A stretch of 64,000 bases of DNA from Candidatus Gastranaerophilales bacterium. GTDB lineage: Bacteria > Cyanobacteriota > Vampirovibrionia > Gastranaerophilales > Gastranaerophilaceae. Shown one piece after another: positions 26,429 through 37,387 of the stretch (positions are counted from its first letter, which is position 1; every line of letters starts with the position of its first letter). The translations under genes were made by a program, and so were the position numbers. The notes beneath the pieces were generated by a model. That model saw only the letters and a list, made by a program, of their open reading frames with translations. It was not told where the DNA came from and made no database searches. Where the stretch lies: assembly GCA_944326425.1 (NCBI GenBank), contig CALVDX010000002.1, positions 72,902 through 136,901 of the forward strand, in the 5' to 3' direction.

Positions 26429-26818
26429 ATGGAAAACAAATGCAAAGAATACAGAAACAATACGGAAAAAGCACTTAAGTACTTTTCAAAAATGCTTGCA
26501 TACACAGTAAGCCCGTATAATTTAAAAGAAACAATGGAAACAACCGGCGCAAGACTGGTTGATGTAAGGAAAAAAGAAGATTATGAAAAAGGGCATATTC
26601 CCGGTTCAATATCAATACCTTATGAAGAAATAGATTCAAAATTGGACTCGCTTGACCGTGATATACCAACCATCGTAAGCTGCTATAATGCAACATGCCT
26701 TTTAGGCGCAAAGGCTGCCGTTAAATTTGCAGAACATAATTTCCCTGTTATGGCGCTGCTTGGCGGATACAAAACCTGGACGGAGGATCTGCACTACGCG
26801 GTTACACAGGAAGAATAA
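26429..26818 (+). CDS. Rhodanese-like domain protein
   Basis: DVRKKEDYEKGHIPGSISIP and a Cys-containing active-loop region. Confidence 0.7.
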   Translation: MENKCKEYRNNTEKALKYFSKMLAYTVSPYNLKETMETTGARLVDVRKKEDYEKGHIPGSISIPYEEIDSKLDSLDRDIPTIVSCYNATCLLGAKAAVKFAEHNFPVMALLGGYKTWTEDLHYAVTQEE

Positions 26819-26825
26819 AAGTAAA

Positions 26826-26850
26826 GCACCCGCAGCGGGTGCTTTTTTAA
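26826..26850 (+). terminator. Intrinsic terminator
   Basis: gcacccgc-agc-gggtgc followed by tttttt. Confidence 0.8.
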
Positions 26851-27153
26851 AAACAAAAGAAAAGCTATGTACTTATATTGTCCATAGCTGTTGATTAGGG
26901 ATATGTGTATCGTCGTTTTTTTTTAAGGAGTATAGTTATATACTATCAATATATGTCCGATATAAAATCATACGTTTTTACGATTTTTCTAAAAAGTTAC
27001 ATGATTTTAAAACGAAAAATAGAAATAAAAAGAAATAATTCACCTTAAACATCTATACATATAAAAGAAGCCATCCCTCCAAAGGCATGCCGGTTGGGTT
27101 GCAAGAACATGAAAAACACAATATAATTAAATTTGCAGCAGGAAGGAATAGTA

Positions 27154-27501
27154 ATGAAAAAATGCAAAATAACGGTATTAAGAAAAACATTTGTAGAGGA
27201 TTTAGCCAGGGAATACGGCGTTGAAGGATTAACGGCATGCCCGATGTTAAGGGAAGGGCAGGTATTTTACGCTGATTATGCAAAGCCGGAGGGATTTTGT
27301 GATGAAGCATGGAAAGCTATTTATCAGTATGTTTTTGCGCTCTCGCATGGTGCAGGTAACGACGTATTTTACTACGGAGATTGGATTAAAACCCCGGGAG
27401 TTGCAATTTGTTCATGTAACGACGGACTTAGGCCGGTCATTTTTAAAATAGAAACAACCGGCGAAGAATCTAAAATCGATTATACTCCTGTTAATGAATA
27501 A
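27154..27501 (+). CDS. TIGR04076-family protein
   Basis: MKKCKITVLRKTF...CPMLREGQVF...KPEGFCDEAW...NDGLRPVIFKIE matches my memory of this family. The start follows GGAAGGA. Confidence 0.6.
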   Translation: MKKCKITVLRKTFVEDLAREYGVEGLTACPMLREGQVFYADYAKPEGFCDEAWKAIYQYVFALSHGAGNDVFYYGDWIKTPGVAICSCNDGLRPVIFKIETTGEESKIDYTPVNE

Positions 27502-29857
27502 TCATGCTCCCTATAATATAAACAATATATGCAACAAACCATGCCGCGGCACATTGGAAGAGGACAACGCCAATAGCGTATTTTCTGCCAAGTTCCCTTC
27601 TTACTGTTGCAATAGCCGCAACGCATGGAGTATAGAGAAGGGAGAATACAAGAAATACAAAGGCCGTTAGTTGGGTAAAGAGTTCCGGCAAACGGTTAAC
27701 CTCTCCGCCAAGCAGTACTGTTAATGTACTTACTACACTTTCTTTCGCCGTGAAGCCTGTAATAAATGCGGTAGAAACTCTCCAATCCGATATCCCAAGC
27801 GGCCGGAATACCGGAACAAGAAGATTCCCCAGCCATGCCAGCAGACTATCCGCGGAGTTTGCAACAAGGTTTAAGCGGGCGTCAAAGGTTTGCAAGAACC
27901 AGATTATTATAGTTGCAGCAAATATAATAGTAAACGCTCTTGTTACAAAGTCTTTAGCCTTTACATAAATCAGTCTGAAAATATTTTGCGGACTCGGGAT
28001 TCTGTAGTTTGGAAGTTCCATAACAAAAGGAACGGGCTGCCCTTTGAATACAAATATTTTAAGTATAAATGCAAAAATAATCCCTACAACCATACCTAAA
28101 ATGTAAAGACTTATAATAACAAGCGCCTGATTTTCCGTAAAAAACGCAGCAGTAAATAGCGCATAAATAGGAAGTTTTGCAGAGCAGCTCATAAACGGTG
28201 TTAAAAGTATTGTAAGCTTCCTGTCGCGCTCGGACGGGAGCGTCCTTGTTGCCATAATTGCAGGCACCGAACACCCGAAGCCTATTAACATCGGAACAAA
28301 GCTTCTGCCGGACAGTCCTATTTTTCTTAGGAGTTTATCCATAATAAACGCAACACGCGCCATATAACCGGTATCTTCAAGTATCGAGAGGAAAAAGAAC
28401 AATACAATAATTACCGGTAAAAAACTCAAAACACTGCCGACTCCGGCAAATATACCATCAATAATAAGTGATTTAAATACCGGATTAAGCCCGTATGATG
28501 TCAGAAAAGCGTCTGTTATATCTGTTACATATCTTATACCATAGTCCATAACATCAGAAAGAAAAATTCCGAAGTGTCCGAACGTAAAATAGAATATGAA
28601 CGCCATAATTAGTAAAAATGCCGGTATAGCCGTGTATTTGCCGGTTAGAACCCTGTCAGCATTAAAAGTAATTTTTTCGCCGAGTGTTTCATGAGGCTTT
28701 TGAATATACTCATCACACAGGCGCTCAATAAACGAAAACCGCATATCAGCAAGCGCCGCTTCTCTGTCTAATCCGCGCTCCTGCTCCATTTCCGAGATAA
28801 TCTGTTCACATATTTTATAATCACTCTCGTCAATATATAACGCTTCTTTTATAAGCTTATCCCCTTCTGTCAGTTTGGTAGCGGCAAACCTTACGGGAAT
28901 ACCTGCCGCCTGTGCATGGTCCTCAATAAGATGTGCGATTGAATGAATACAGCGGTGCACCGCACCCTCATTTTCTTCATCACAGAAATCAAGTTTAAGC
29001 GGATGTTCGCTGTATTTTGCCACATTTACCGCGTGTTCCGCAAGTTCTTCAATACCTTCATTTTTTAAGGCCGAAATTGGAATAACAGGAACTCCAAGAG
29101 CCGCTTCAAGACCGTTTACGTCCACAAAACCGCCATTTGCTTCAACTTCATCCATCATGTTTAACGCAATTACCATAGGAACATTTAATTCAATTAACTG
29201 CATTGTAAGATACAAATTACGTTCAATATTTGCTGCATCAATGATATTAATAATTCCGTCCGGTTTATCATAGAGAATAAAATTTCTTGTTACAATTTCT
29301 TCATTGCTGTAAGGTGACAAAGAATAAATCCCCGGGAGGTCTGTTACTGTTATATCCGGATTATTGCGCAAATTACCTTCCGTCTTATCGACCGTAACCC
29401 CCGGGAAATTCCCGACCCGCTGGCTTGAACCGGTAAGTTGGTTAAAGAGTGTAGTTTTTCCGCTGTTCGGGTTCCCTGCAAGCGCAAATTTTATTTTTGT
29501 CTTTACAGGTATATTACTATGTCCGGCCGGTTTCTGCGGGAGTATTTCACCGCGGCGGGAGTGTTCAATATCCTTAAACTCTTTTTTTCTCTTTGGGCAA
29601 TCGTGCGCATCATGGATATCTTTAATCCGTATTCTTGCAGCATCTTCTTTTCTCAGAGTAAGCGTATACCCTCTGAGTCTGAACTCCATAGGATTGCCGA
29701 GCGGAGCAGTCTTAATTAATGTAACTTCAACGCCGGGAGTCAGCCCCATATCAAGTATGTGCTGCCTGAGCGCTTTATCTTCACACTCAATAGAATCTAT
29801 TACAGCATCTTTACCTATTCCAAGCTTATCTAAAAAGATTGTAGCACTTTCACCCAT
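27491..29857 (-). CDS. feoB: Ferrous iron transporter, FeoA-FeoB fusion
   Basis: An N-terminal FeoA-like SH3 domain, a G domain (GNPNSGKTTLFN) and a polytopic C-terminal permease. Confidence 0.9.
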   Translation of the reverse strand: MGESATIFLDKLGIGKDAVIDSIECEDKALRQHILDMGLTPGVEVTLIKTAPLGNPMEFRLRGYTLTLRKEDAARIRIKDIHDAHDCPKRKKEFKDIEHSRRGEILPQKPAGHSNIPVKTKIKFALAGNPNSGKTTLFNQLTGSSQRVGNFPGVTVDKTEGNLRNNPDITVTDLPGIYSLSPYSNEEIVTRNFILYDKPDGIINIIDAANIERNLYLTMQLIELNVPMVIALNMMDEVEANGGFVDVNGLEAALGVPVIPISALKNEGIEELAEHAVNVAKYSEHPLKLDFCDEENEGAVHRCIHSIAHLIEDHAQAAGIPVRFAATKLTEGDKLIKEALYIDESDYKICEQIISEMEQERGLDREAALADMRFSFIERLCDEYIQKPHETLGEKITFNADRVLTGKYTAIPAFLLIMAFIFYFTFGHFGIFLSDVMDYGIRYVTDITDAFLTSYGLNPVFKSLIIDGIFAGVGSVLSFLPVIIVLFFFLSILEDTGYMARVAFIMDKLLRKIGLSGRSFVPMLIGFGCSVPAIMATRTLPSERDRKLTILLTPFMSCSAKLPIYALFTAAFFTENQALVIISLYILGMVVGIIFAFILKIFVFKGQPVPFVMELPNYRIPSPQNIFRLIYVKAKDFVTRAFTIIFAATIIIWFLQTFDARLNLVANSADSLLAWLGNLLVPVFRPLGISDWRVSTAFITGFTAKESVVSTLTVLLGGEVNRLPELFTQLTAFVFLVFSLLYTPCVAAIATVRRELGRKYAIGVVLFQCAAAWFVAYIVYIIGSMIIH

Positions 29858-29922
29858 AAATAAACCTTCTCTGCATTCCCAATCACATTTTACTACAAAC
29901 CGGAGAAGGTTTATTATTTTAC

Positions 29923-30456
29923 TTATTTTATATATAAAGCCTTTTTGGACATTTCATTTTCTCTAAGAAAATAGGACAAATATTTGTTTAATTTTTCATA
30001 GATTTCTTGTGTAAGTTCTTCATTTTCTCCGTTTTTTACATCATATTTTCCGGTAACAGCACTGCCGTAAGCTGTCTTTTTGGAGCGTTCATATATGATT
30101 TTATCCGTAAGTTCCTTATCTACAAAAATTCTTTCGACTGAAGCCTGTTTATCTAATTCAAGCATAAATCCGTTAGTACGGCTGTTGGGTATAGGTCTCA
30201 GCGTAATTCTTCCATCCTTTGCAGATTGTAATGAAAACCGTGGTTCTACCATGTATAACCCTTTCTGCCTCAAGTTCCTGCGGGACTCGTTTATCATATC
30301 ACCTGTTTTGGATATTAATTTTTCAACCCGTTTTTCTATATTAACCGGCGACTGCAAGCTTTTACGAAGTTCAGCTACAGTCACATTACGACTCTTAAAA
30401 GACGGGTTTTGTGAATATTGTTTAGACTGATAACCATTAGGGGCAATTCTTAGCAT
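29923..30456 (-). CDS. Hypothetical protein carrying the N-terminal motif (MLRIAPNGYQSKQYSQNPSFKS)
   Basis: Intact ORF with AAGGAG upstream. No recognisable domain. Confidence 0.5.
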   Translation of the reverse strand: MLRIAPNGYQSKQYSQNPSFKSRNVTVAELRKSLQSPVNIEKRVEKLISKTGDMINESRRNLRQKGLYMVEPRFSLQSAKDGRITLRPIPNSRTNGFMLELDKQASVERIFVDKELTDKIIYERSKKTAYGSAVTGKYDVKNGENEELTQEIYEKLNKYLSYFLRENEMSKKALYIK

Positions 30457-30593
30457 AACATTTCTCCTTTTGGTATGAATAAACCCGCTGAATGTTATTT
30501 TTTGCCATGTTTTTTACAAAAGTTAACAAACCGGCAGCAAAAGGAGTGCCGCTAAGCCCCATAGAAATCTTTATGATTTAACGTAAAAGCGGA

Positions 30594-31931
30594 TTATTCC
30601 GCTTTTACGTTTTTACCGAATATTTTTTCTGCTATTGCTTTTAATTTCTCAAAATCATATCCGGAGGTAATAGAACCTTCAAAATAACTATTATTCTTAT
30701 CCGTATCATACCAAGCTTTACCGTTTTTATCATATACAATCTCTTCACCGTCAAACTTTGTTCCATCCTTCTTGGTATCTTGAGTCGTATCATAAGATAT
30801 ACGAATACTTGTTATTTCGCCATTTTCATCATAATATGCTTTTATCCAACGCCCATCCGGAAGTTTTGCCCCCTTATAGTTAACTTTATTATTATCACTA
30901 ATACCTACTATGATTTTAGGTTTCGGTTCCATATTAGCAACATCAGCAAGTAATTTATTGGCATTATCAAACGCCTGCTGCGCCTTTGTTAACTCAGCGT
31001 TTTCTTTGTTCACCTGTTCAAGTTCTGATGCATAGTTAAGCTTTGAAAGTTCATCTGTACGACAATCATTTGCAAATTTTTCTATTTTCTGTTTTATGTC
31101 TTCCAGTGACCACTCCGGAGCATTTTGTTCATAATATTTACTAAGCGGTATCCTGTCTTCTCCTTCACCAACCCCCCAGCCGTATTCATCACCTTTTTGC
31201 CCGAGAGGAATAAAAACATATTTTATAACATCATCTTTATCCAGCCCATTTCCTAATGCATCAACATCATCTATCATCTCTGCAAGATTCGGTATTTTTT
31301 CAAGGACATATAAAACATTGTCTCTTGTAATAAGACTGAGCGCATCCTTCATATCTTGTACGGAATTATAGTCTGCTAAAAAACCTATTTTATCATTTAG
31401 CGCAAGGATTTTCTCAGCTACTTCATACCCTTCCTGCTGATTTTTCTTAATAGCCTCAATCTCCTCCTGGCTTTCGGGTTTGGCCGCAGTAACTTCCTTC
31501 ATCGGAACCGTTACTTTTATACTATCGTAATCTTTTTTAGCCTGCTCCGTATTTACACCCTTTAACCCTGTATCCGCAGGAGGTGTGGTGCCGCCACCAG
31601 CAGGATCTGTTCCTCCGCCCGCCGCACCGGCTTTCCTAAACCCCATCGCAGTATATATCTTATCAATCTGTGCTCTGGTAAGATTTATTACATCACCTAT
31701 TTTTACAATATAACTTGTTTTCCAGCCGGCACATGTTTTATCATTCCCGCCGGAGTATAGTTGTTCCCCCTCGGCTTTTTCTTCTGCCTGTACTTCATCA
31801 AAAACACTCAGCACTCTCTGCCAGTTTATCTTGCTTGCGTCGCCTTCATAGCCCGCCTCTTTAGCTTTTTTAAGAAATATTTGCGATAAACCCCTGTCTC
31901 CGTCTCTTACAGTATAAGTAAAATCTGCCAT
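30594..31931 (-). CDS. Hypothetical protein with an N-terminal LysM-like segment and a Gly/Pro-rich linker
   Basis: Contains YTVRDGDRGLSQIF...IVKIGDVINL. No signal peptide is visible. The start is taken at ATG 31931 (MADFTY). Confidence 0.5.
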   Translation of the reverse strand: MADFTYTVRDGDRGLSQIFLKKAKEAGYEGDASKINWQRVLSVFDEVQAEEKAEGEQLYSGGNDKTCAGWKTSYIVKIGDVINLTRAQIDKIYTAMGFRKAGAAGGGTDPAGGGTTPPADTGLKGVNTEQAKKDYDSIKVTVPMKEVTAAKPESQEEIEAIKKNQQEGYEVAEKILALNDKIGFLADYNSVQDMKDALSLITRDNVLYVLEKIPNLAEMIDDVDALGNGLDKDDVIKYVFIPLGQKGDEYGWGVGEGEDRIPLSKYYEQNAPEWSLEDIKQKIEKFANDCRTDELSKLNYASELEQVNKENAELTKAQQAFDNANKLLADVANMEPKPKIIVGISDNNKVNYKGAKLPDGRWIKAYYDENGEITSIRISYDTTQDTKKDGTKFDGEEIVYDKNGKAWYDTDKNNSYFEGSITSGYDFEKLKAIAEKIFGKNVKAE

Positions 31932-32018
31932 TTCGCACACCGCCTTTCGCTGTTTTTAGTACTGCTTTTATATTTCTTACGGCAGATTTCTTCAAAACTT
32001 TAGACCGCCCCGCCCCAT

Positions 32019-32028
32019 CATATCATAT
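32019..32028. repeat. (CATAT)2, the short allele of the leader repeat seen at 6624-6648
   Basis: Sits in the same flanking context: ggggattatatcaagg on one side and a G/C-rich tract on the other. Confidence 0.8.
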
Positions 32029-32033
32029 CGGGG

Positions 32034-32086
32034 ATTATATCAAGGTTTCAGCCATTTTAAAATTCATCTTTACATTTCGTTACATT
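32034..32086 (-). promoter_or_regulatory. Promoter plus HLR1-like box of the 30594..31931 gene, homologous to 6654-6706
   Basis: TG-extended TATAAT (32039..32034) on the minus strand. On the plus strand, TTTACATT-TC-GTTACATT at 32069-32086. Confidence 0.5.
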
Positions 32087-32224
32087 GAAGAATTTGTTAA
32101 GTTTTCGTTACAAACAAATCAGGTTATGCCGTAAAAAAAGTATAAATTTTCAACACCCTGCACTTTCTACGGCACATGTTGGCTTAAAACATAAAAAATA
32201 GTATAATTGAGCAGGTAAAAATTT

Positions 32225-34048
32225 ATGTATATCAAAAATGTTAATTCTAAAACTTCTTTAAAGAAAATAGTTGAGAATAGTGTCTATATTTTAGTTATAT
32301 TTATTGCTCTCATTGTACTTTACCTCGGACACGATACAACTCCTTCATTAGAAGGTGCAATAAATGCCGCAGGCGACGGGTTAAAAAACCTTCTTTACGA
32401 AGGCAGCAAACGCGGCGCCGCAGGGATTATTATTTTTCTCTTATTACCCGTATGGCTTATTATTTTAAATATAATAAAACTTGTTACAAGAAGTAAGGCG
32501 CTTAGAGAACTAAAACAACCGTTCAACCTTAAAGCCGTAAATCTTTTAGAAAACAGCATTAGTTTTAACTTCTTTAACCCTCAATATAACTTTACCTGCG
32601 GATACAATGATATTCAAAAACTGCAAGTCCTAATCGTTACAGGCTATGATAATTATTACAGATTAAAAAAACTCTGCATTAAAGAAATAGTTTTAAATTT
32701 CACAACACTCAACGGTAAAGAATTCAGCATAGCTAATACAGGTGGAATTTTTCCATTACAGTACTTGAAGAGGATTATTGAATGTACAAAGCAAATCAGT
32801 GATTTTTCATACACTTATGCGGGCAATTGCTTCAGCCCAAATACAGATAAAAAAATAAAAACTCATATATCAGCCATACGTCAGGGACAATATACTGCTG
32901 AAAACCTGTTTACTTTAACAACTGTATCAATAATATGTTTCTTACTTAGTATTTTTGTAATTCTTCTTTTCCGAAATAATACTATTGAAGAATTAAAAAA
33001 CAATCAATACTTCCTTCTGGCAATAATATCAATTATTGCCCTCTTGCCGTTCATTACAGATATTATTATTTTTAACAGGTCAAACCCAAAGCAGAGAAAA
33101 GAAGCCTGCACCGTAACAGTATCTAAAATCATTATTCTTCTTATCTGTTTCTGGCCGATAATCAGTATTAATTACGACAGAGATATTATTAACTATGTTG
33201 TAAATATAAAAAGCCATTTAAGAGAAGGAAAAAGTATTTGCGGTAATCTTGTGCGCAATTATAACGGAATGACAAAAGAAGAAATATACAAAAGCAGAAA
33301 AGCACAGATGAAACGCTCTATATTTAATCCGCCGCTATACACACCCAAAGAAGAAGTTTTTGGACAGATTAAATCGGAAAAGCCATGGTGGGGCCTAAAC
33401 CAGCGTGCTTGTTCGGAGTTTGGCAATCCGAATTTTGACAGAACAGCCGGATACTCGGCTTTAAGCAAATACATAAACAACCCTAATGCCCTCATAGTCG
33501 TAGATTATCCGTTCAGCCTTAACTCAAAACAAGACAACATAGGCTTCTGCAGCACCCCTTTCTCCAGACTTATGCCGTCAGGCTTTACGTATTATAAGAA
33601 TAAAAAACTCATTGTTGCAAAGTATAAGATATACAATAAAACACTTAGCGCAAAAATAAACTGGCAGGGAAAAGATATTCCGTACTTTCTGACGCTGAAC
33701 GGACTTAATGCAAGAGATCTGGGGTACGATTATGTCTACGCAATAGATGCCCGAAATGTTAAAATGATGCAAAAACACAATGTTTCAAATACTGTTTATA
33801 AATTCAAAGATTTTATTCACGTCGGTTCAAGCTGCGGCGTCCCCGGGGGGTGTAACAATATCTCACCGCATCAAAGAGAACTGGACTTCTACATAACCGG
33901 ATTTCCCGCCCGGATAACCTTCAAACTCTGGAAAGAAAAACCCTCCAAAAGAACTAAAAAAGCAGATTTTTACTACACAATAATATTTGAAAGCAGCTCA
34001 GATCCGCAAGATATAACAAAAAGGAAACGCACGGTTAGAAAAAGATAA
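32225..34048 (+). CDS. Large polytopic membrane protein with a ~270-aa C-terminal soluble domain of unknown function
   Basis: Long ORF with several TM segments in the N-terminal two thirds. No recognisable motif. Confidence 0.5.
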   Translation: MYIKNVNSKTSLKKIVENSVYILVIFIALIVLYLGHDTTPSLEGAINAAGDGLKNLLYEGSKRGAAGIIIFLLLPVWLIILNIIKLVTRSKALRELKQPFNLKAVNLLENSISFNFFNPQYNFTCGYNDIQKLQVLIVTGYDNYYRLKKLCIKEIVLNFTTLNGKEFSIANTGGIFPLQYLKRIIECTKQISDFSYTYAGNCFSPNTDKKIKTHISAIRQGQYTAENLFTLTTVSIICFLLSIFVILLFRNNTIEELKNNQYFLLAIISIIALLPFITDIIIFNRSNPKQRKEACTVTVSKIIILLICFWPIISINYDRDIINYVVNIKSHLREGKSICGNLVRNYNGMTKEEIYKSRKAQMKRSIFNPPLYTPKEEVFGQIKSEKPWWGLNQRACSEFGNPNFDRTAGYSALSKYINNPNALIVVDYPFSLNSKQDNIGFCSTPFSRLMPSGFTYYKNKKLIVAKYKIYNKTLSAKINWQGKDIPYFLTLNGLNARDLGYDYVYAIDARNVKMMQKHNVSNTVYKFKDFIHVGSSCGVPGGCNNISPHQRELDFYITGFPARITFKLWKEKPSKRTKKADFYYTIIFESSSDPQDITKRKRTVRKR

Positions 34049-34165
34049 TTTTAAAAAATGTAAATATTTTATTTAAAGTATTTACTTTTTTATCCTTGTG
34101 TTATGATGATAACAGAAAATAGTTTTTTATATTTACTTCAATGACTAAAGGATGCTTGGAATAAG

Positions 34166-34621
34166 ATGCCGCAAAACTTTTTGAAAAATAAAGTTTTATT
34201 TGCACTGGGTGTAACTGCGCTGCTCTCTAAGATTGCACAGCTGCAAATGTTTGCCGCAAACAAGTTTCCGATAACGCCGGAACAGCACTATATTCTTTCT
34301 GTCCTTTCAGAAAACGGCGAACTCTACCAGAGACAGATTTGCGAAATCGCCTACAAAGACCGCCCGAATATAACAAGACTAATAAATATACTTGAAAAAA
34401 AAGGACTTGTAAAAAGGGTTCCGGATATAAACAAAAGAAAAGTTTATAAAATAATCATTACAGAAGAAGGAAGAAAACTTCACAGCGAAATTAAAGAGTA
34501 CATGATTAGGCTAAGAGATGAAGTAGTTAAAGATATCAAAACAGAAGATATGGAAAATTGTTTAAATGTAATGCTACAAATGATAGACAATTTAGAGCCG
34601 ATAGCGAAAATACAAATTTAA
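34166..34621 (+). CDS. MarR-family transcriptional regulator
   Basis: Winged-helix region (LSENGELYQRQICEIAY...ITRLINILEKKGLVKR), located upstream of an efflux pair. Confidence 0.8.
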   Translation: MPQNFLKNKVLFALGVTALLSKIAQLQMFAANKFPITPEQHYILSVLSENGELYQRQICEIAYKDRPNITRLINILEKKGLVKRVPDINKRKVYKIIITEEGRKLHSEIKEYMIRLRDEVVKDIKTEDMENCLNVMLQMIDNLEPIAKIQI

Positions 34622-34639
34622 AGAGGAGGAAATACAATA

Positions 34640-35749
34640 ATGAGTACCCCGAATAATAATGAAAACAACAACAATAAGGATATAAAACCGCAGCAAACAA
34701 CAGGACAAACCGCACCTCAGGAAGATACGAGACCGAGTTATAAGAAAAAACGGGTAATCGTTCCTGCAATAACTGCCGTAATCTTTTTGATTGCCGGAAT
34801 TTATTTTACAATTCACTCATTTTTCTATCAGGGAACAGATGACGCGTTTGTTGAAGGACATATAGTTTCGATTGCACCGCGGGTTTCAGGGCCGGTAAAA
34901 CAACTCTTGATTGATGATAACCAGCCGGTGAAAAAAGATCAATTACTTCTGGTTATTGACCCTAATGACTACGAAACTGCACTTAAACAAAAAGAAGCAC
35001 AGCTTGCAGAAGCCAAAGCAAGTCTTAATATTGCAGAACAACAGATTACTCATTCTGAAGCCCAGTTAAAACAGTCGACTCAGGATATTACATCTGCAGA
35101 ATCGAAACTTGACTTTGCCCAAAAGGACTTTGACAGATATTCAAATATGTTCAAAGCAGGAATTGCTTCAAAACAAGAGTTTGACCACAGTAAAACCGCG
35201 CTAACTGTTGCAAAATCAGAACACAAATCAGCACTTGAACAGGAAAAGGCTTCTCAGGCAATGCTGCAATCTTCGCAAGCAAAACACGAAGCAACTTTAG
35301 CCGATATACAAAGACTTGAAGCCGAAGTAGAACAGGCAAGACTCAATCTTTCATATACAAAAATCTATGCCCCGCAAGATGGTTTAATCACCCACAGAAC
35401 AGTTGAACAGGGTAACTACGTTCAGGTAGCACAATCAATGTTTGCAATCGTTCCGGAAAAAACCTGGATTGTTGCAAACTTCAAAGAAACACAGCTTACC
35501 CACATGAAACCCGAACAACCGGTGAAAATAAAAATAGATACCTATCCCGGAAAAAAATTTAATGGCAAAGTTGACAGTATACAACGCTCAACAGGTGCAA
35601 AAGCAAGCCTTTTCCCGCCGGAAAACGCAGTCGGAAGCTATGTTAAAATTGTACAGCGTGTTCCTGTAAAAATCGTATTTACGGAAGATGTATCAAACTA
35701 TAATATAGTCCCCGGAATGTCCGTAGTACCGGAAGTAAAGGTAAGATAA
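34640..35749 (+). CDS. HlyD/EmrA-family membrane fusion protein
   Basis: An N-terminal TM, a long coiled coil and a beta-barrel C-terminus (YTKIYAPQDGLI...). Confidence 0.8.
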   Translation: MSTPNNNENNNNKDIKPQQTTGQTAPQEDTRPSYKKKRVIVPAITAVIFLIAGIYFTIHSFFYQGTDDAFVEGHIVSIAPRVSGPVKQLLIDDNQPVKKDQLLLVIDPNDYETALKQKEAQLAEAKASLNIAEQQITHSEAQLKQSTQDITSAESKLDFAQKDFDRYSNMFKAGIASKQEFDHSKTALTVAKSEHKSALEQEKASQAMLQSSQAKHEATLADIQRLEAEVEQARLNLSYTKIYAPQDGLITHRTVEQGNYVQVAQSMFAIVPEKTWIVANFKETQLTHMKPEQPVKIKIDTYPGKKFNGKVDSIQRSTGAKASLFPPENAVGSYVKIVQRVPVKIVFTEDVSNYNIVPGMSVVPEVKVR

Positions 35750-35750
35750 A

Positions 35751-37343
35751 ATGAGCACTATAGCTGAAGCACAAGCGCACAATCAGATGTCCTCACCTGC
35801 TTATAGAAAACAGGAGGCACCTTTGTGGCTTGTCGCATTTACAATCCTCCTGCCTACATCTTTTGCAATGCTTGCGACCTCCGCAACGAACGTTGCAATG
35901 CCGCACATTGCCGGTTTCTTCGGTTCAACTCTGGATGAAGCAAACTGGGTTATCACAAGTTATATGATTGCAAACGCCATTTTAATCCCGCTCACCGGAT
36001 GGCTTGAAAACCTTATGGGGCGGGTAATGTTCCTAAAAGTATTCCTGACTATTTTTACAATAGGTTCGGTTATATGTGCATTTGCAAGCAACCTTAACAT
36101 TCTTGTACTCGGCCGTATTGTACAAGGTATAGGCGGCGGTCCCATGATGCCTATATCACAGGCAATTCTGCTTGCAGCTTTTCCGTTTGAAAAGCGCGGA
36201 CAGGCAATGGCTCTCTTCGGGTTTTCAGTAATGGTTTTCTCAATTCTCGGCCCGACATTCGGCGGGTTTATTGTTGATAATTCAAGCTGGCAGTGGATTT
36301 ATCTGGTTAATATTCCTGTCGGGATATTCTCTGTTATCCTTGTTCACTGCAACGTTGCAGAACTTGAAAATCGTAAAATCCCCGAAAAAGTTGATTTTGT
36401 AGGTCTTATATCCCTTGTACTCTGGCTTTTAACAATGCAAATCGTTCTTGATAAAGGTGAACAGTTCGGCTGGTTTGATTGCACCTGGATAACAGTACTT
36501 GCAAGCATTTCATTATTCTCCTTCGTGTTTTTTATTGTGTGGGAACTTGAAAACAAAAACGCTATTGTTAATTTAAGAGTTTTCAAAGATAAAAACTTCT
36601 TTATAGGAACGGTTCTTGGCGCCTCGGTAAACATGATTATTTATGTAACAATTGTATTACTGCCAAAGTTCTTGCAAAGCCTTATGGGGTATACGGCAAT
36701 GCTAAGCGGTATGTCGCTTGCTCCAAGGGTTCTGTCTTGTATTGTAATGCTGTTTATTATAGGTAAAATGGTTGAAAAAATTGATAACAGAATACTTGTT
36801 TCAGTTGGATTTGTATTCCTCGGAATTTCAACCTTTATGTATTCAAATCTAAACCTGCAAATCTCTTTCAGCTATGTTGTAATACCTAATATCCTTATGG
36901 GGATTGGAGTAATACTGGTATTTATCCCGATATCGGCGCTGTGTCTTGGAACACTTCCAAAATCAGAACTATCTAACGGTGCAGGTTTACACAGTTTGTC
37001 AAAATGTGTTATGACCGCATTTGTAATCTCAATGTCCTCAACTCTTGTTACAAGACTATCACAACTCCACCAGACATATCTGGTTAAAAATCTTTCAAAT
37101 TTCAATACAATATACCAAACACACTTAAGCGCAACCGCGCATAAACTTATGGCAACCCTGTCCGCACCTGATGCAGCAGCAAGAGCAGGCGGGTATTTTT
37201 ATACACAACTGCAGCATCAGGCAAGACTAATGTCATTTGTTGATGTATTTGAAGCGTTTGCCCTTATAGCCTTCTGTCTTGTTCCGCTTGCTTTTTTCCT
37301 GAACGTTAATTTTAAACCCAAAACTGAAAATAAAATAGATTAA
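35751..37343 (+). CDS. DHA2-family MFS efflux transporter (EmrB/QacA-like, 14 TM)
   Basis: Length, TM pattern and motifs (GRIVQGIGGGPMMP). Confidence 0.85.
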   Translation: MSTIAEAQAHNQMSSPAYRKQEAPLWLVAFTILLPTSFAMLATSATNVAMPHIAGFFGSTLDEANWVITSYMIANAILIPLTGWLENLMGRVMFLKVFLTIFTIGSVICAFASNLNILVLGRIVQGIGGGPMMPISQAILLAAFPFEKRGQAMALFGFSVMVFSILGPTFGGFIVDNSSWQWIYLVNIPVGIFSVILVHCNVAELENRKIPEKVDFVGLISLVLWLLTMQIVLDKGEQFGWFDCTWITVLASISLFSFVFFIVWELENKNAIVNLRVFKDKNFFIGTVLGASVNMIIYVTIVLLPKFLQSLMGYTAMLSGMSLAPRVLSCIVMLFIIGKMVEKIDNRILVSVGFVFLGISTFMYSNLNLQISFSYVVIPNILMGIGVILVFIPISALCLGTLPKSELSNGAGLHSLSKCVMTAFVISMSSTLVTRLSQLHQTYLVKNLSNFNTIYQTHLSATAHKLMATLSAPDAAARAGGYFYTQLQHQARLMSFVDVFEAFALIAFCLVPLAFFLNVNFKPKTENKID

Positions 37344-37349
37344 ATATAA

Positions 37350-37377
37350 GGCGGGCGCTGTTAAGACAGCGCCCGCC
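37350..37377. terminator. GC-rich hairpin between convergent genes
   Basis: ggcgggcgctg...cagcgcccgcc. Confidence 0.6.
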
Positions 37378-37387
37378 ATTTTAAGAT

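Noticed and set aside
26880-27050. A small ORF MSDIKSYVFTIFLKSYMILKRKIEIKRNNSP in the AT-rich spacer before the TIGR04076 gene.
   Set aside because: The nearest AAGGAG is about 22 nt upstream of the ATG, which is too far. There is no antisense promoter or terminator. It is not distinguishable from chance in AT-rich DNA.
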